A DNA stretch of 64,000 nucleotides from Camelus ferus. Its lineage: Eukaryota. The stretch lies in NCBI RefSeq assembly GCF_009834535.1, contig NC_045697.1:58654001-58718000 (forward strand). The letters run 5' to 3'. Below are positions 51,665 to 64,000 of the stretch, piece after piece (position 1 is the first letter of the stretch; every line of letters begins with the position of its first letter). The position numbers and the translations under genes are program-made. Under the pieces are notes generated by a model. That model was not told the origin of the DNA and searched no databases. It saw only the letters and a program-made list of their open reading frames with translations.

Positions 51665-54600
51665 CTATTGGAGAGAGAGAAGTAAAGAGAGAAAGGAGAA
51701 AAGAGAATAGATTAATGGTACGATATTGGCCAAGCACTTTTATTCACCTCTTCCAAACTGAAAGTAAATAATTTATTTCACTCATACTTGCTTTATTGAA
51801 CATTGTGTTTTTAAAAACCTTATTCCTCTACAAAATTATTTTTTAAAAACCTCATTTCTCTATGAAATTATTTTTAAGAAGTAATCACATTATATGCTTA
51901 AAAATACAGTACAAACTTGGAAAAACAAGGCAAAAGTTAATCAAGTCAAGACTGAATAAACATACCATTCCAAACTATAAACATAGGAAACACAATATTC
52001 ATAATAAGAGCATCAGTATTTTCCATTTGAAGACAGGTTGGTACTTATACACAGAAAGCTTTCAAATAGTTTGGATAGTTTCATTTATTAAATATTGTAG
52101 TTTATACCACTATTTAATATAATAGTCTGGCTTTTTACCCAACTCAAGATTGATCTTTTCAGAAGAAACTGCTCTGAAACTAATTTCCTAAGGTCTAAGA
52201 TTTTCTATAGCTTGTCAGTCTTATGAGAAATGCACCTCATGAGATGGCACGTTAACAGGGATGCTCTCAACCTGAATAAATGGGTTTAGAATCCTTATTG
52301 AAGAAACTCCTTTTCCTCCCACTCATCAGTATTTTATATAATTGTGGAAAAATACTGTCTTTCAGAAAAATCTGTATCTGAAAGTTGATATAAATAATAA
52401 GCCACCTGCCCTGGCCTTTTCTGAAATTCTTAACTGAGTCTTTCAGCAAACTCTTAGAAGAATATATTGAAATCCTCAAAACCGTTATAGTTATGTATGT
52501 CTCAAGTTAGATTTCATTTTTTTTTTAAGGTACTGATCAATACATATCAGGGAAAATTCTTGGAAACTGTAACACGCGCATGAAACTCATCAAGCAGGCT
52601 CTTCTTTTTCTTATAAACATTTATCTCATTAGAGAAAATTTGCCTAGATCACAAGATAAAAGGGATCATTAGGGGGAAAAAAGGGCAGAAAAGTCAGGGA
52701 AGAATGGGTTCATAACACAAACTTAAAAAAATCACAGATTGCAAGTGATATAAATCTAAGATAATTTCAGTGGAAGGGATAAGTTGAGCTACTACATGTA
52801 CAATAAGTAATATAATGTCGTTTGGGATAATTACATTTGGGTGAGATTTTTGTGCTTTAATTTAAGCCCATGTCTTCAATTATTGTCAATATCACACTCA
52901 CTTGTCTCCACTGACTTTTCTGAAAGCTCAAAAGAGACAAAACTGGTATATATAAAAAGTTATGCTTAGGAAGTTGCAAGTGGGGTTATCTCTTTTAGAT
53001 TGCTTATCTCATTAATTTACAAATCTTATTTTTAACAGGGTTTCTAGGACTGTTTTAAAAACTCTATATACTCTTACACTTACAATTTACCATCATCCTC
53101 AATTAATCTTTATGAAGTAACTGCAGTCATCACTGGCTGTATGCCTCATTATAGGTCATTGAAAAGCTTTACCTAAGAGATGCACTTCATGCTATGACTA
53201 GAATACTAACAAGCCTGAGTTCAGACTGACAACTAGAAGAAGCATAACTAAGGACTTTTAAAAAATTACTTAACCATTAGTCTCAAAAGTTTGGACTGGA
53301 AGCCCATTTTACAATGAAGATGGAGGTTGGGAGTGGGATATTATATAAAAGTTAGTATTTTTCAAGGACTAACCTACAAGGGAATTTCTATAACTAATTT
53401 CATTCCTTGAAATCGCTCAAATATATATCCTTTTAGTTAAACACGAAGGTATTTCTATTCTACAACATAAAGTGTACCCACACAACTTTAGTCTTGTTCT
53501 ACATAAAATTCTTCGTCTAACTCTTAAGCACAATTGTCTCAACTTCTTGGTGACTAGTATTTCTCTCTTCAACAAATACTTAATAAGGAAGATGGTATAT
53601 GCAGTAAAAAGTATTGATAAGGCACTTACGATATTCTATAAATACTATCCTACAATTTAATGAACAGTTTTATTTTTCAAAGATCTTTTACCTCTGTTTT
53701 CCCAAATGTCATTAGGTAAAATTTTACATTTAATTCTCTGGTCCTGGTCTAATTTAAGAGAAATTGGCATAAACTAGCATGAGGAAAGAATGTCTGCTTT
53801 GTTACTGCCATTGACTCAAAATTAAGATTTATTAGGTAGTTCTACTACTAGAGAAAATTATTACAGTCTTGCCTATGTCATGACTGGCTGTAGCTCATTC
53901 ATCATTTACTCGCTATTTTCAAGACTGAAGTAAAACAATCCTGTAATTTAAATTGAAAGAAGCACACACAAATTATATTCCCATAACAAAAACTGGCAAG
54001 GCAAACATAACTTGTCACTGATAAGCTTAGTAACATTCCGAATTAGCCAGTCACTGTCCATCATCTAATTCTAATTCTAGAAGCTTCCCTCACCTGAAAA
54101 AAAAAAATACAAATAAGGAAACAAATTGCATGGATGTAAGAAAACATGCTTACCCTTGTATCCTTCACAACCTCATGGTGCCTGGCACATAATACTCAAT
54201 GAACAACTATTAAATTAATACATAATCCAAATAAAGGTGATTAATTCTGCTTCTAGATAATTTAAACATGTGGTAAAAAGAAAAAAAAAAGTGGCAAAAG
54301 AGAATCTGGATTTGTTATCCAGTATCACACGTGCAATGAATTATCTGCATAATGTCTGAATATTTTAAGGGATGAGAGGAAAGTAAAAATTATGAGCAGT
54401 TTGTACCTCCAACTCATTAAATGTAAAACTGGAGGAAAAAAGGAAAAGAAGAAAAAGTATATGAATGGTCTTGGGGGCATATTGGGAAGAAAAATTTTTT
54501 TGCTTTAAAATAGTCTGTGACAATCTAAAAACATAGGCCAAAAATACTCCCTTCTCACATCTCTGTAATGAGATCATAAATAAACGAATTGTATGATGAC

Positions 54601-55619
54601 AACTCTGCAAGGGCTTCCTCAGGGACTCCTGTCTTTTAGTCTGGTCCAATATCCTGAACTCTGACATTGTAGCTCTCATTGTTCATTTCCAAACTTCTCT
54701 GGAACTAGTTTCTCTCCTTTTCTCTATTCACTTTTAATCCCCAAACTACTTTTATTGTCCATTCAACCTCCATAAATATGTTTATATATTTCCTTAAAGT
54801 GATTTCTTTGTTGTCCTTTGTCAAACTTAACATCATAAGCTATATCCTGTGGTTAGAGTAAATGACAAATTCAAACAAAGGGTAACTGATTCTGTATAAA
54901 AGGAAGAAATAGGAAAAAAAAAAAAAAGACTAGTAAATTTTCCTTTCATTCCCCAACAGTTTATAAAATAGACATAATATATTGTTATGTTATTGTTTAG
55001 AAAAATAAGATGTTATTAGTTCTATCCATATCCATACCATATGTAACACTTTTAAATTGTGTTCTTTAATTAGAAAAGGTATGGATGAGAGAGCATACGC
55101 ATGCATTGCCAAGCTTTTTCAAATTGCACTGCAAATTACAGAGAAATAAAATTGTTGCCTGCCAAAAATTGTTAGAACTAAATTGCCATAACTAAGAACT
55201 ATGAAATTGTATCTAATTCTAATGTAGCTTAAATTTTCTTTTCTTTTAAACTGCAAATCATACATTTTCTATCTACAATTTAAATGTTCTAAATGAGTAG
55301 AATGTTATAATCCAATAATGCCTCTATATTTCTGTAATATATAAATAAAAAGACACTTATGGGGAGCATAAGATAGTTATAAAATATTAAATAACTTATA
55401 ATCAAATATTTTTATCATTGAAATGTAGTAGTACTTTAAAGATAATTATTTTCTTGGTTACATTTGGCTTAGACTATAAAAATACATTTGGGTATACTTG
55501 TCACAGGCCAGCTGGCAGTAAGGCAAATAAGTAATATAAAAAAATCAGTCTTAGCTGAAAATTTCCTAGTGCATTATCTACATAGAAAATTATCTAGAAG
55601 TGGATAACCAAAAGTTCAC

Positions 55620-55810
55620 AATAATACTTTCTATTTGTATAGTACTTTCAAACTTAACAAAATGTTTTCACATGAAATCACCTGATTTAATTCTTCAAAC
55701 AACACTGTGATATGGTGCAAGTTACTGCCATATCAAAGATGAGTCAATTGAAACTCAAAAGATTGAAGGATTTGACCAGCGTCAACACAGGCAGGTGGCA
55801 GAGTCCTGTC
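55620..55810 (-). mobile_element. MIR SINE
   Basis: atttaattcttcaaacaacactgtga...aaagatgagtcaattgaaactcaaaagattgaaggatttgaccagcgtcaacacag. Confidence 0.65.
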
Positions 55811-58800
55811 ATTTGTGTAATAGCATACACTGGTTCTCACAACATGTAAAATCAAACACAGTTTGTTGTGCTCTTGCTCTCCATTTCTGTTCTGTCACCA
55901 GATCCAAGTAGGAGTGCACTTTAGAGGAGATCAACAGCATAAATGGAATCTTCCTGAGGGAGGGCACTGTGTCTGTTACAAAAACTAACATTAATTAAGC
56001 ATGCACCATGTGCCACATATTGCACTAACGTTTTGTATACAATACTAATTTAATCATCGCAAGCAACCTTATGAGGCAGATGTTCTCATTATCTTAACTT
56101 TTTTGGTTAGTAAGTGGTAGAGCTGAAATTCAAATCCAAGTTTTGATCTTATTCATGAGTGCATCTTCAGTGCCCAGCACATAAAAAGAAAGAGTTCAAT
56201 TAATATTTCTTATGCCTCCATGCAATGATGAATTGAACTGTGGTATTTTCAAAGAAAGGGATTGAATGTCATACTTTTCAGGGCTATCAGCCATGAGAAT
56301 AGCAGTGCAAAGCACCTCTCTAGAGAAGATAAAATAATAGAAAAAAATGGGCTCCTTATTTCTTGGCCAAGGAAACAAGATATTTCTTATCGCCAGAAAC
56401 AAACCGGTGCTGAATACTTTATGTCCTATTAATTATTATTCTGAGGCAGAGAAAATTCTCTCTTCTCCATTTCACATCTACCAGGAAAATACAGAAGCGC
56501 TTCAGTAAATATAAATAAAAAGATCTATGAAGTTCATTAATTTTTTGGTATACTGCACATCAAAAATTCTGACAGACATCTGTCTTGCTCAGTAAATAAA
56601 GTGCTAATCTTTTATGTAATGAAAGACAAGAATAATCTCTGCAGCTCAGCTTCTAAGTTGTGTTTTTCAAATGATACCCATGCATCAGTGAATAAAAGTG
56701 CTGCTCAAGCACCTTGTCTTACAACGGCTTTATATAATGCGTTTCCAAAATTATCACCTCCCAATGAATTTTATCCTGGAGCGTGTAGACTGAAAATGTC
56801 AACAATTCATAAAATGCTCTCACTAGCCACATTCTAATTTAAGCACTTAAATACAGTATCTGTAGATGCTGCAGAAACTGAGACTCTTTTATTTTGTATT
56901 AACTTTCCATTCCATGGATAGATCTGGAAAACCTTTCACACTATTAATTTAGCCTTTTAAAAGAAAATGGTCCTATTAGTTGCCTCTTTTGTGAATCTAT
57001 TGGTGATAGCTTCTAGTAAAAATAATAATTTTTCAAAGTTATCACTGATAACAGTTTAAGTGAACATTACATTTGGTTCATCTAAGATGTACCCTTGTCA
57101 TAATGATTTGTCACCACCATGTAACAACCATGTGGCATTTAGAATTGCTAAACAAAAAACACAGGCAGAGTCCCCTCAGAGTGTACTAGAATTACATGTT
57201 TATGTATTAGATCTACTGCATGCGTCTGTCATGTGCAAAGCTCTTAGAGCTGTACATACAGAGACAAATATTAATAATCATAATACCTAACAGTTACTGA
57301 ACAGGTACTATGTGAATAGTCATCCAGTGGATCATTTTTTTTTAATCCTCAAAGAAACTGGAGTTGATGGTACTATGACAAATATGTTACAAAGGAGGAA
57401 CTGATCTCTGCCTCAGGGAAGCTTACAACTGGTGATTTTCATTAACTTATTTACCAACAATATGTTATTTTTAAATGCTTTCAAAGGAATGGGTATAAAA
57501 AGATTAAAAATAGACAACAGCAATGAATGGCAAAAAGAGGGGGTTTTGTTACGAGAAGCTGAAGTTAGAAACACAAGGCATAACAGTTTGACTACAATCA
57601 AGTTTCATGTGGAAAATGTCATACATTTGCTCCTGAGAAGTGTATTTTTGACTGATGCCTGTGACTAGAGTCTATGGGTCCAGCTCTGGATATTGCAAAA
57701 ATAAGACATTCAAAATGAATCTAGATCTAGTTCCAAATATTTAGTCAATACCTTATAATTAATATTTCCAGGGTTCAGGGGCTGAAAGTTTTTTTTTTTT
57801 TTTAGATATTTAATTCCAGCCAATATTTTACAGATAAGAAAAATGAAAACAGAGAATTAGGATATTAGCCTCAAACTACAGTTTACTTTTTAACCCTTAA
57901 CAGTATTAAAAACAAATTATTAGGTGATGCAATACTTTTTGAGTCACAATTGTATACACTGTAAGGGCAGGGATGGTTATCCTAATTTTATTGATGAGAA
58001 AACAAGAGAAGCTGAAAGAAGTCAAGTTACTTTACTTTGACTAAATACTGTTCGTTCAGTCTTCACTAGAGCTCTTAGGACCTTGTGAATTACTCTTAGA
58101 ATTAAGTTTTTATTATCACGTGGTGTAAGAGAATGGGACAACAAAATCCATGGTGACATTCAGTATGGAAAGAAGAAAACATTCTGAGGAAGAGCTTAAG
58201 GAATCTGAGGAGCTACTGCATACTCGGGCACTTTGTAGAACTCTTCCAAATACCCCAACCAACTTGGACTAGATTCACTAGCCAAAGAGAGGAAAATATT
58301 TTGTATTCAGTAATAGCATGGTTAATAATATAAATATGATTTCTAGAACTATTAAAAAACAAAATTATTTACAGAATTCATTAGTTTGGAAATACACACC
58401 AAATATATCACATACATGTCAATTGAATCTCTTGAAAAGTGGATATAAGATCTTTACTCATTTAGCTTTTGGTGTTCGATAAAATTAGGATGTTAATACC
58501 AATTTATCTGAATAAATTTCAGGTCTTTATGTTCATTGCTATAATTTTCCAAGAATGTGTTTTTTATAATGTTCTTTTCTAATTTTGTATCTTACTGATC
58601 CTATATGCTAACCATATTCTTCACAGTGGTTTATTTATTTTACTTTATATACTCCACATCTATATTTATTTCTCAACTTTTACTCACTCTGTAGCCTGCT
58701 CAGAACCTCATACCTCATCCCCTAGTTAATCCAAACTCTGTCTTTAGGTTCTAACATATTCCTTCATGAATACTACTTTATTTTCTAGCCCCATATTGAA

Positions 58801-58853
58801 AAGTGTATAACTTTAACATAGTTATAGGGGAGAGGTTTCCATAATGTTCTAGT

Positions 58854-59133
58854 TTGGGAATTGACAAACTTTCTGCAAAGGGCCAGACAGTAAATAATTT
58901 TGGTTTTGTGTGCCACATACAAACCTTGTCACATAGCTATCTTCTTCCCCTTCCCTTTCGCCTTCCCCCACCCTCTTCCTCTTCCTCTCCCTCTTTCCCT
59001 TCTCCTCCTTCTCCTTCTTCTTCTTCTCTTTTTAAACAATTCTTTAAAAATGTGAAAGATATTCTTGGCTTATGGGCCAGTAAAAAAATGATGCACTGGA
59101 TGTTTATCCTTTGGCCATAGTTTGCCAATATCT
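58854..59133 (+). mobile_element. MER58-like hAT-Charlie MITE containing a CT-rich simple repeat
   Basis: 5' gacaaactttctgcaaagggccagacagtaaataatttt and 3' ggccatagtttgccaa. Degenerate 8-bp TSD gttctagt / attccagt. Internal (CTT/CCT)n tract at about 58940-59030. Confidence 0.8.
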
Positions 59134-59245
59134 ATTCCAGTTTATTCCACTCATACCGTCTCATTTATTATTCTCTCGGCCCTTGGTTTTTGTTGTTGTT
59201 GTTGTTGTTTTGTTTTGCTTTTTTACCTTCTATCTTTTGGAAGCA

Positions 59246-59420
59246 CAGTTGACCCTTGAACAACGTGAGTTTGAATGATGCAGGTCCACTTACACATGGA
59301 TATTTTTCAATAGTAAGTACTACAGTATTATATGGTTTGTGGTTGGTTGAATCTGTGCATACAGAGGGCCAACTATAAGTGATATTCAGATTAACCCTCA
59401 AGTTGTTCAAATGCCAACTA
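59246..59420 (+). mobile_element. Tigger2/MER8-like Tc1-mariner MITE
   Basis: Terminal inverted repeats cagttgacccttgaacaa ... ttgttcaaatgccaacta, followed by TA. Internal gtccacttacacatggatatttttcaatagtaa. Confidence 0.85.
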
Positions 59421-60014
59421 TACTGACGGATTCTTGAAGGCAGGGGACTCTGTATCATTCACTCAGGGATTATCAAGTTTTATCTCAATGTCTTGTTATA
59501 ACTGCTGGTCAATAAATGTTGGCACTGACATGCTTTTAAAATCACTGGCAAATGGCTCCAAATGTGAACTTGGTATGGCTTGTTCAATGATGTGAACAAA
59601 GGAGAAGGGGACAAATCTTACAGATGGCAAAGTACTGCTGCTAAAGAGGCACATAAAAATCTTCCTTAGGTACCACCTCTTATCTCTGTATAATGGAGTC
59701 CATTATAACTCTCACTATCTACTTATACAATCGTACACTGCAAAATATTTCTTCTACAATCAATTGCTAAGTAAGATTTTGTAATTGCTGTGGAATTTCT
59801 CCTTAAACCATATTACAACTTATTTTTAGTCCAGTTTATTTAGCTTTTAGTCTGGTTTGTTTGTTTATTTGTTTATTTACTATGTCAGTCTATTTGCCCA
59901 GTACTTTATCTGTATTATCTTATTTAAACCTCACAATAATCCTGTTGAGAATGTTGTTGCTGTTATATAGGTGAGGAGTTCTGAGGTCATAGAATTAGCA
60001 ATTGGTAGAGTTGC

Positions 60015-60443
60015 TATCATAGTAAAGAACAAATATGACTCCATATTAGATCTGTTCCTTTGGCTTTAACCCTGTGCCCTGTTTTCTAGGCTTAGTCTTG
60101 CTAGCTCTACACTCATGTAAAGATAACAAGTTGCAGAATAGAGAGTAACATTTGTTTTGTTGGAGGTTTTGCAGGAGCACCATGAGCTGGCCCACGTGGA
60201 CAGCTACAAGAACAAAGAATTCATACACCAAGAAGTTTACAACAACCAACCGCACTCCCTCTTTTTTTGTATAAAAGGAGCCTATATTCTGACTGGGGGA
60301 GGATGGTTCTCCAAGACATTAGTCTGCCATCCTCTCAGTCTGCCGGCTCTCTGAATAAAGTCGCTATTCCTTGCCCCAACACCTGGTCTCCCGATTATTT
60401 GGCCTGCCGTGTGGCAAGCAGAACAAGTTTGGACTTGGTAACA
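60015..60443 (+). mobile_element. ERV1 solo LTR (MER41-like) inserted in a MIR
   Basis: Start tatcatagtaaagaacaaatatgactccatatt, TATAAAA at about 60270, AATAAA at about 60354, end ggacttggtaaca. The flanks (ggtagag...ctggtatttgaac) reconstitute a MIR. TSD degenerate (ttgc/ctgg). Confidence 0.8.
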
Positions 60444-62754
60444 CTGGTATTTGAACTTCTGAGCCTGTACTCTTAACCTCAATGCTATGCTCTCTGGCAA
60501 ACAAGAAGGTGATGATGATGAAAATAAGGAGGATAACTAATATTTTTTGAGTGCTTACTAATTACTAGCTGGTCTACTGTTTAAAATAATTTACACATTT
60601 TATCCACATAATACTCACATTAGCATTATGAAGTAGACAATATTATTATTTTGATATTACAAAGAAGGAAACTAGATAAAGAAAAGCTAAATAAATATGA
60701 AGTGGAAGACCCACATCCAGTGCCAGCCCTCTGACACAAGGACACAAGTGGTAGACACTATCTTTCAAGTGCAAGCTACTATTGTGGAATAATCGCATCA
60801 ACTGAGAGAGGAATAGTTCTCAGCTACCCCTATTACTTTCCAAATCTTGACAGTGCTTTATCCACTAAGTTATATTTATCAGATATAGAAAGTGATTTGA
60901 TAGCCTGATTTCAACAAACAAAACTTTGCAAAGTTAGTACTAATAACTAGGAATAACTTACCTTGAAAAAAGCTTTACACTGAATTTTGCTAAAGAATCT
61001 CTTTTCAGAGTCATCTACTTACAATCTCTTTTCAGACAAGAGACTTTCTTTTTTGACACCTTTTGGGCAGTGTCACATTTTAGGCTTACAATGCCTGTAC
61101 TGGTCAACTGTAAAGGCAGGAGGCAGCATGTGACTTAAGTCCATAATGTCTGACATGGTTTGGAAGAAAGGCAGGGGTAACAGAATTAAGTACACCAAAA
61201 TAAAGGTGGCAAACATAAACTATTTGCTACTTTTTTTCCTACTTGAAGGAAACACACATGTTTTGTTAATTATGAATCTTAGAGTAAATGGTAGAAGTAG
61301 GGAGTCTCCTGTTTCTTCTTTAATCCTTCAGTGTCCATCATAGCCTGTCTGTGACAATTCAGTAGCAAGATTCCACTGGCCTGGCCAAACATAGTAAATT
61401 GCAGAGTGAATAGTTCCTACTTTTTCCTCATTTGCAGTTGAAGGCATTCAGAATGGAGTCTAGCTCTGCAATGCCAGACTATTTGATATAAGAACAGGAG
61501 CATATTCTTCCCTATCTCTTTTCCCTGTGAATTTATGTTCTTCCTTTGAGAGACAGTGACAGAAGGAATAAATATTCCTTAAAAGATGACTGTAAATTAG
61601 CTAGGTGAAAGCTGAGAAAGGAAATAACAAGCAGGCAGCCCTTCAAATGTATATAATGTGGAACAACATCCAAAGCTGAGATATTAAATTTAAAATTAAT
61701 TTAAAACAAACAACATAAATTGTGCTTCCCTTTCCATTCTTTATAATACTCAGCCAACATCTGCTCAGTAATTCACCAAATGTATTTTTTGTTTGTTTTA
61801 GTAAAATGTATCAAATTAGAGGAAAAACAAGTTTTAGAGAATGAAACAAATGACCACATTATTCTTTGCTCTAGAGGACCACTAGCAACATGCTTTACAG
61901 TCTATTTAAACTAACTAGCCTCCAACTGTTTGTTAATCAGTTTTGCCTTAAAAGCTCTGTTAGTAGAAGGATCATAAAAATGAATTTACTGGTTAGAGCA
62001 CTGAGGAAGGAACTATCAACAATATAACATTATTATGTATAATTTTCTCACTCTTTAATAAAAAAACTTAATGTAGACAAAAAAGCAGTTGATATCTAGT
62101 AAACTCACTGTAGATGGTATTCATTTAAATTTTTAATTTCATGTTTATAGGTATAACTGTAAATGCTATATATGTATTATTATTACATCTACCATGTAAG
62201 ATGAAAAAAAAATACACCACTAAAGACCAAATAAATTTCAGGTAGAAACTATAGTTTCTCAGAAGCCCCCATATTATGACACACTCTATTAATCTACTAG
62301 GAAGTTAGTTGTATATATCCAAGGACCCTCTCCATTTTATTTGCCCCTGTGTCCCAGCAACTAGAACAGTGCCTGGAATATAAAAGCTAGTTGAGAATAT
62401 TTTGAATTTGTTAAATCAGCATAAAGGGTCTCTATCTTTGATGCTCTTAAATAAGTGGTATAACTTTATTCATATTACCAAAGGCAAAATAAAAGGCAAA
62501 AAATTTTTAATGATATATGTATGTGGATTGCATACTTGCTATGCTGAAGTAAACATTTTTTTGCATACAATACTTAATTAAAAAACCCACTAGACAGTTT
62601 AGGTTAATATCTAATTACTTTTTAAAAACTACTATATTCTGTTACATCATGCTACAATTAAAAATAATAATCATTTAAAACAAAATAACTTGCATTTTTG
62701 GCATTTTAACACCTGACAATAAATGCATAATTTTGAAACAAGAAGCATTTATAG

Positions 62755-62995
62755 CAACAATAGCTAGCAGTTACTGAATGTTTACTGCTTGGAAACCCTT
62801 ACTACTAACTCATTTAATTATCAAGACAACTCTTTAAGGTAAGCATATTATCACCATATTACAGATTAAGAAAAATGTAAGGAGGTGAAATTAAGTTACT
62901 TGCTTAAGGTCACAAATTTAGTAAGAAACAGAGCTAGGATTTGGTAAAAGACAACAACCTGGCTCTAAAGTTTATGCCCATCAGATGGTCTACAT
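62755..62995 (-). mobile_element. MIR SINE
   Basis: actaactcatttaattatcaagacaactct...attacagattaagaaa...ttaagttacttgcttaaggtcacaaa...cagagctaggattt. Confidence 0.75.
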
Positions 62996-64000
62996 AGTTT
63001 CTCAAGAAGATTTTACTTGTCAGTTTATAGTGACTAATTTTTTTCTCACCCAGAACATATAGTAACACCACAGTTTGATGCCCCATTTTAAATGTCAATA
63101 CATTTGAAAAATAGATTCAAATTATGTTTTAAATAAAATCTCAAGTTGTGAATGTTGGCTGATTTGCCACTTATATAAAAAACTATGTAGTCTACAGAAT
63201 CTGATATCTACTTTCAAATAAATGACATATACATTTGCAGAGACAGTGTGTGGTAAGGCTTAGATTTTTAGATTTCTCAAGTGGATATTTCCTATTCACA
63301 ACCAATAGCATCTTAATTCACAAATCTTCTCTTAGCATCAGTTCACTTGCGACGCATGTGGCATGGAGTCATTAGGCCATGGGTTCTATGCTCTACTGTG
63401 CCTACCAATTTTAAAAAGGAGAGATTTGTGATAGAAAATTACAACTCCTTAACAACAGAACTAATAGTCAAATGCTTACACTACAATAGAGAGAATGGGG
63501 TATAATAATCTGGCATGCAGGAGTGCTATGAGAATGGATTTTCTTTTTTTTTTTTTTTTGGAATCACAATAGGATCTTTTATTACTGTAAAACTAATGTC
63601 CTAATTTCTTGTCAAAGTTAAGTTTATGCATTTGCAGAATTCAGCAGTCTTTCATGAATCTTCTCCCTCAGCCTCGTAAACTATATATTGTCTTTTTAAG
63701 TCAGGGCCATTAAAATCTTGCAAAGTATTTGCTGCACTATACATATTATTGGTCCTGTCACTGAGCAGTGCTCTTTTTCTGTTTTATAGCTAATGTAGCA
63801 TTTCTCCATGGCATCAATAGATTAAAACATTCACTACCAGAAAAAGTATGTGAAAATGGAGCAAGCTCATTTTGCTACAAGCTAACTCAATAAATCTGTG
63901 TAGTTTACTGATGTTCCCTTTCATTTAGAATCAGTACATATTTATCTTGCAAACTTCAAGAAGGCAGAAAAATAGGTTATTTTTCCTTTTTTGTCCATGG

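Noticed and set aside
58854..59128. Pro/Ser-rich and Glu/Gly-rich ORFs
   Set aside because: Translations of a CT-rich simple repeat inside a MER58-like element.
1..64000. A novel multi-gene system, CRISPR-like array, RNA gene cluster or foreign insert
   Set aside because: I saw no repeat-spacer array, tRNA, rRNA or snRNA, and no intact transposase, retroviral gene or compositional anomaly beyond ordinary mammalian repeats.

Overview
AT-rich mammalian genomic DNA lying wholly inside the ADGRL3 (latrophilin-3/LPHN3) adhesion-GPCR gene on the minus strand. Three coding exons are supported by GT-AG boundaries and recognisable protein. In transcript order they are a 15-nt microexon encoding KVEQK (51650-51664), the 801-nt olfactomedin-domain exon (48721-49521) and an 81-nt exon encoding GQAHHGQVSYISPPIHLDSELERPPVR (2389-2469). 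All three are phase 1-1. The rest is intron with old eutherian repeats (MIR, L2, L3/CR1, MLT1, MER5, MER58, Tigger) and younger L1 and ERV1 solo LTRs. The repeat content suggests a cetartiodactyl, possibly a camelid (inference). Apart from the olfactomedin ORF and a few decayed L1-derived frames, the ORF track is chance. I found no convincing new multi-gene system. The best leads are a TSD-flanked L1 5'UTR-only insertion, a polypyrimidine/YCAY/UGCAUG cluster that doubles as a cryptic acceptor between the microexon and the olfactomedin exon, a perfect SOX/FOX-Ebox palindrome and a CTCF-like motif. Repeat family names come from recall of consensus sequences, not from a database search.
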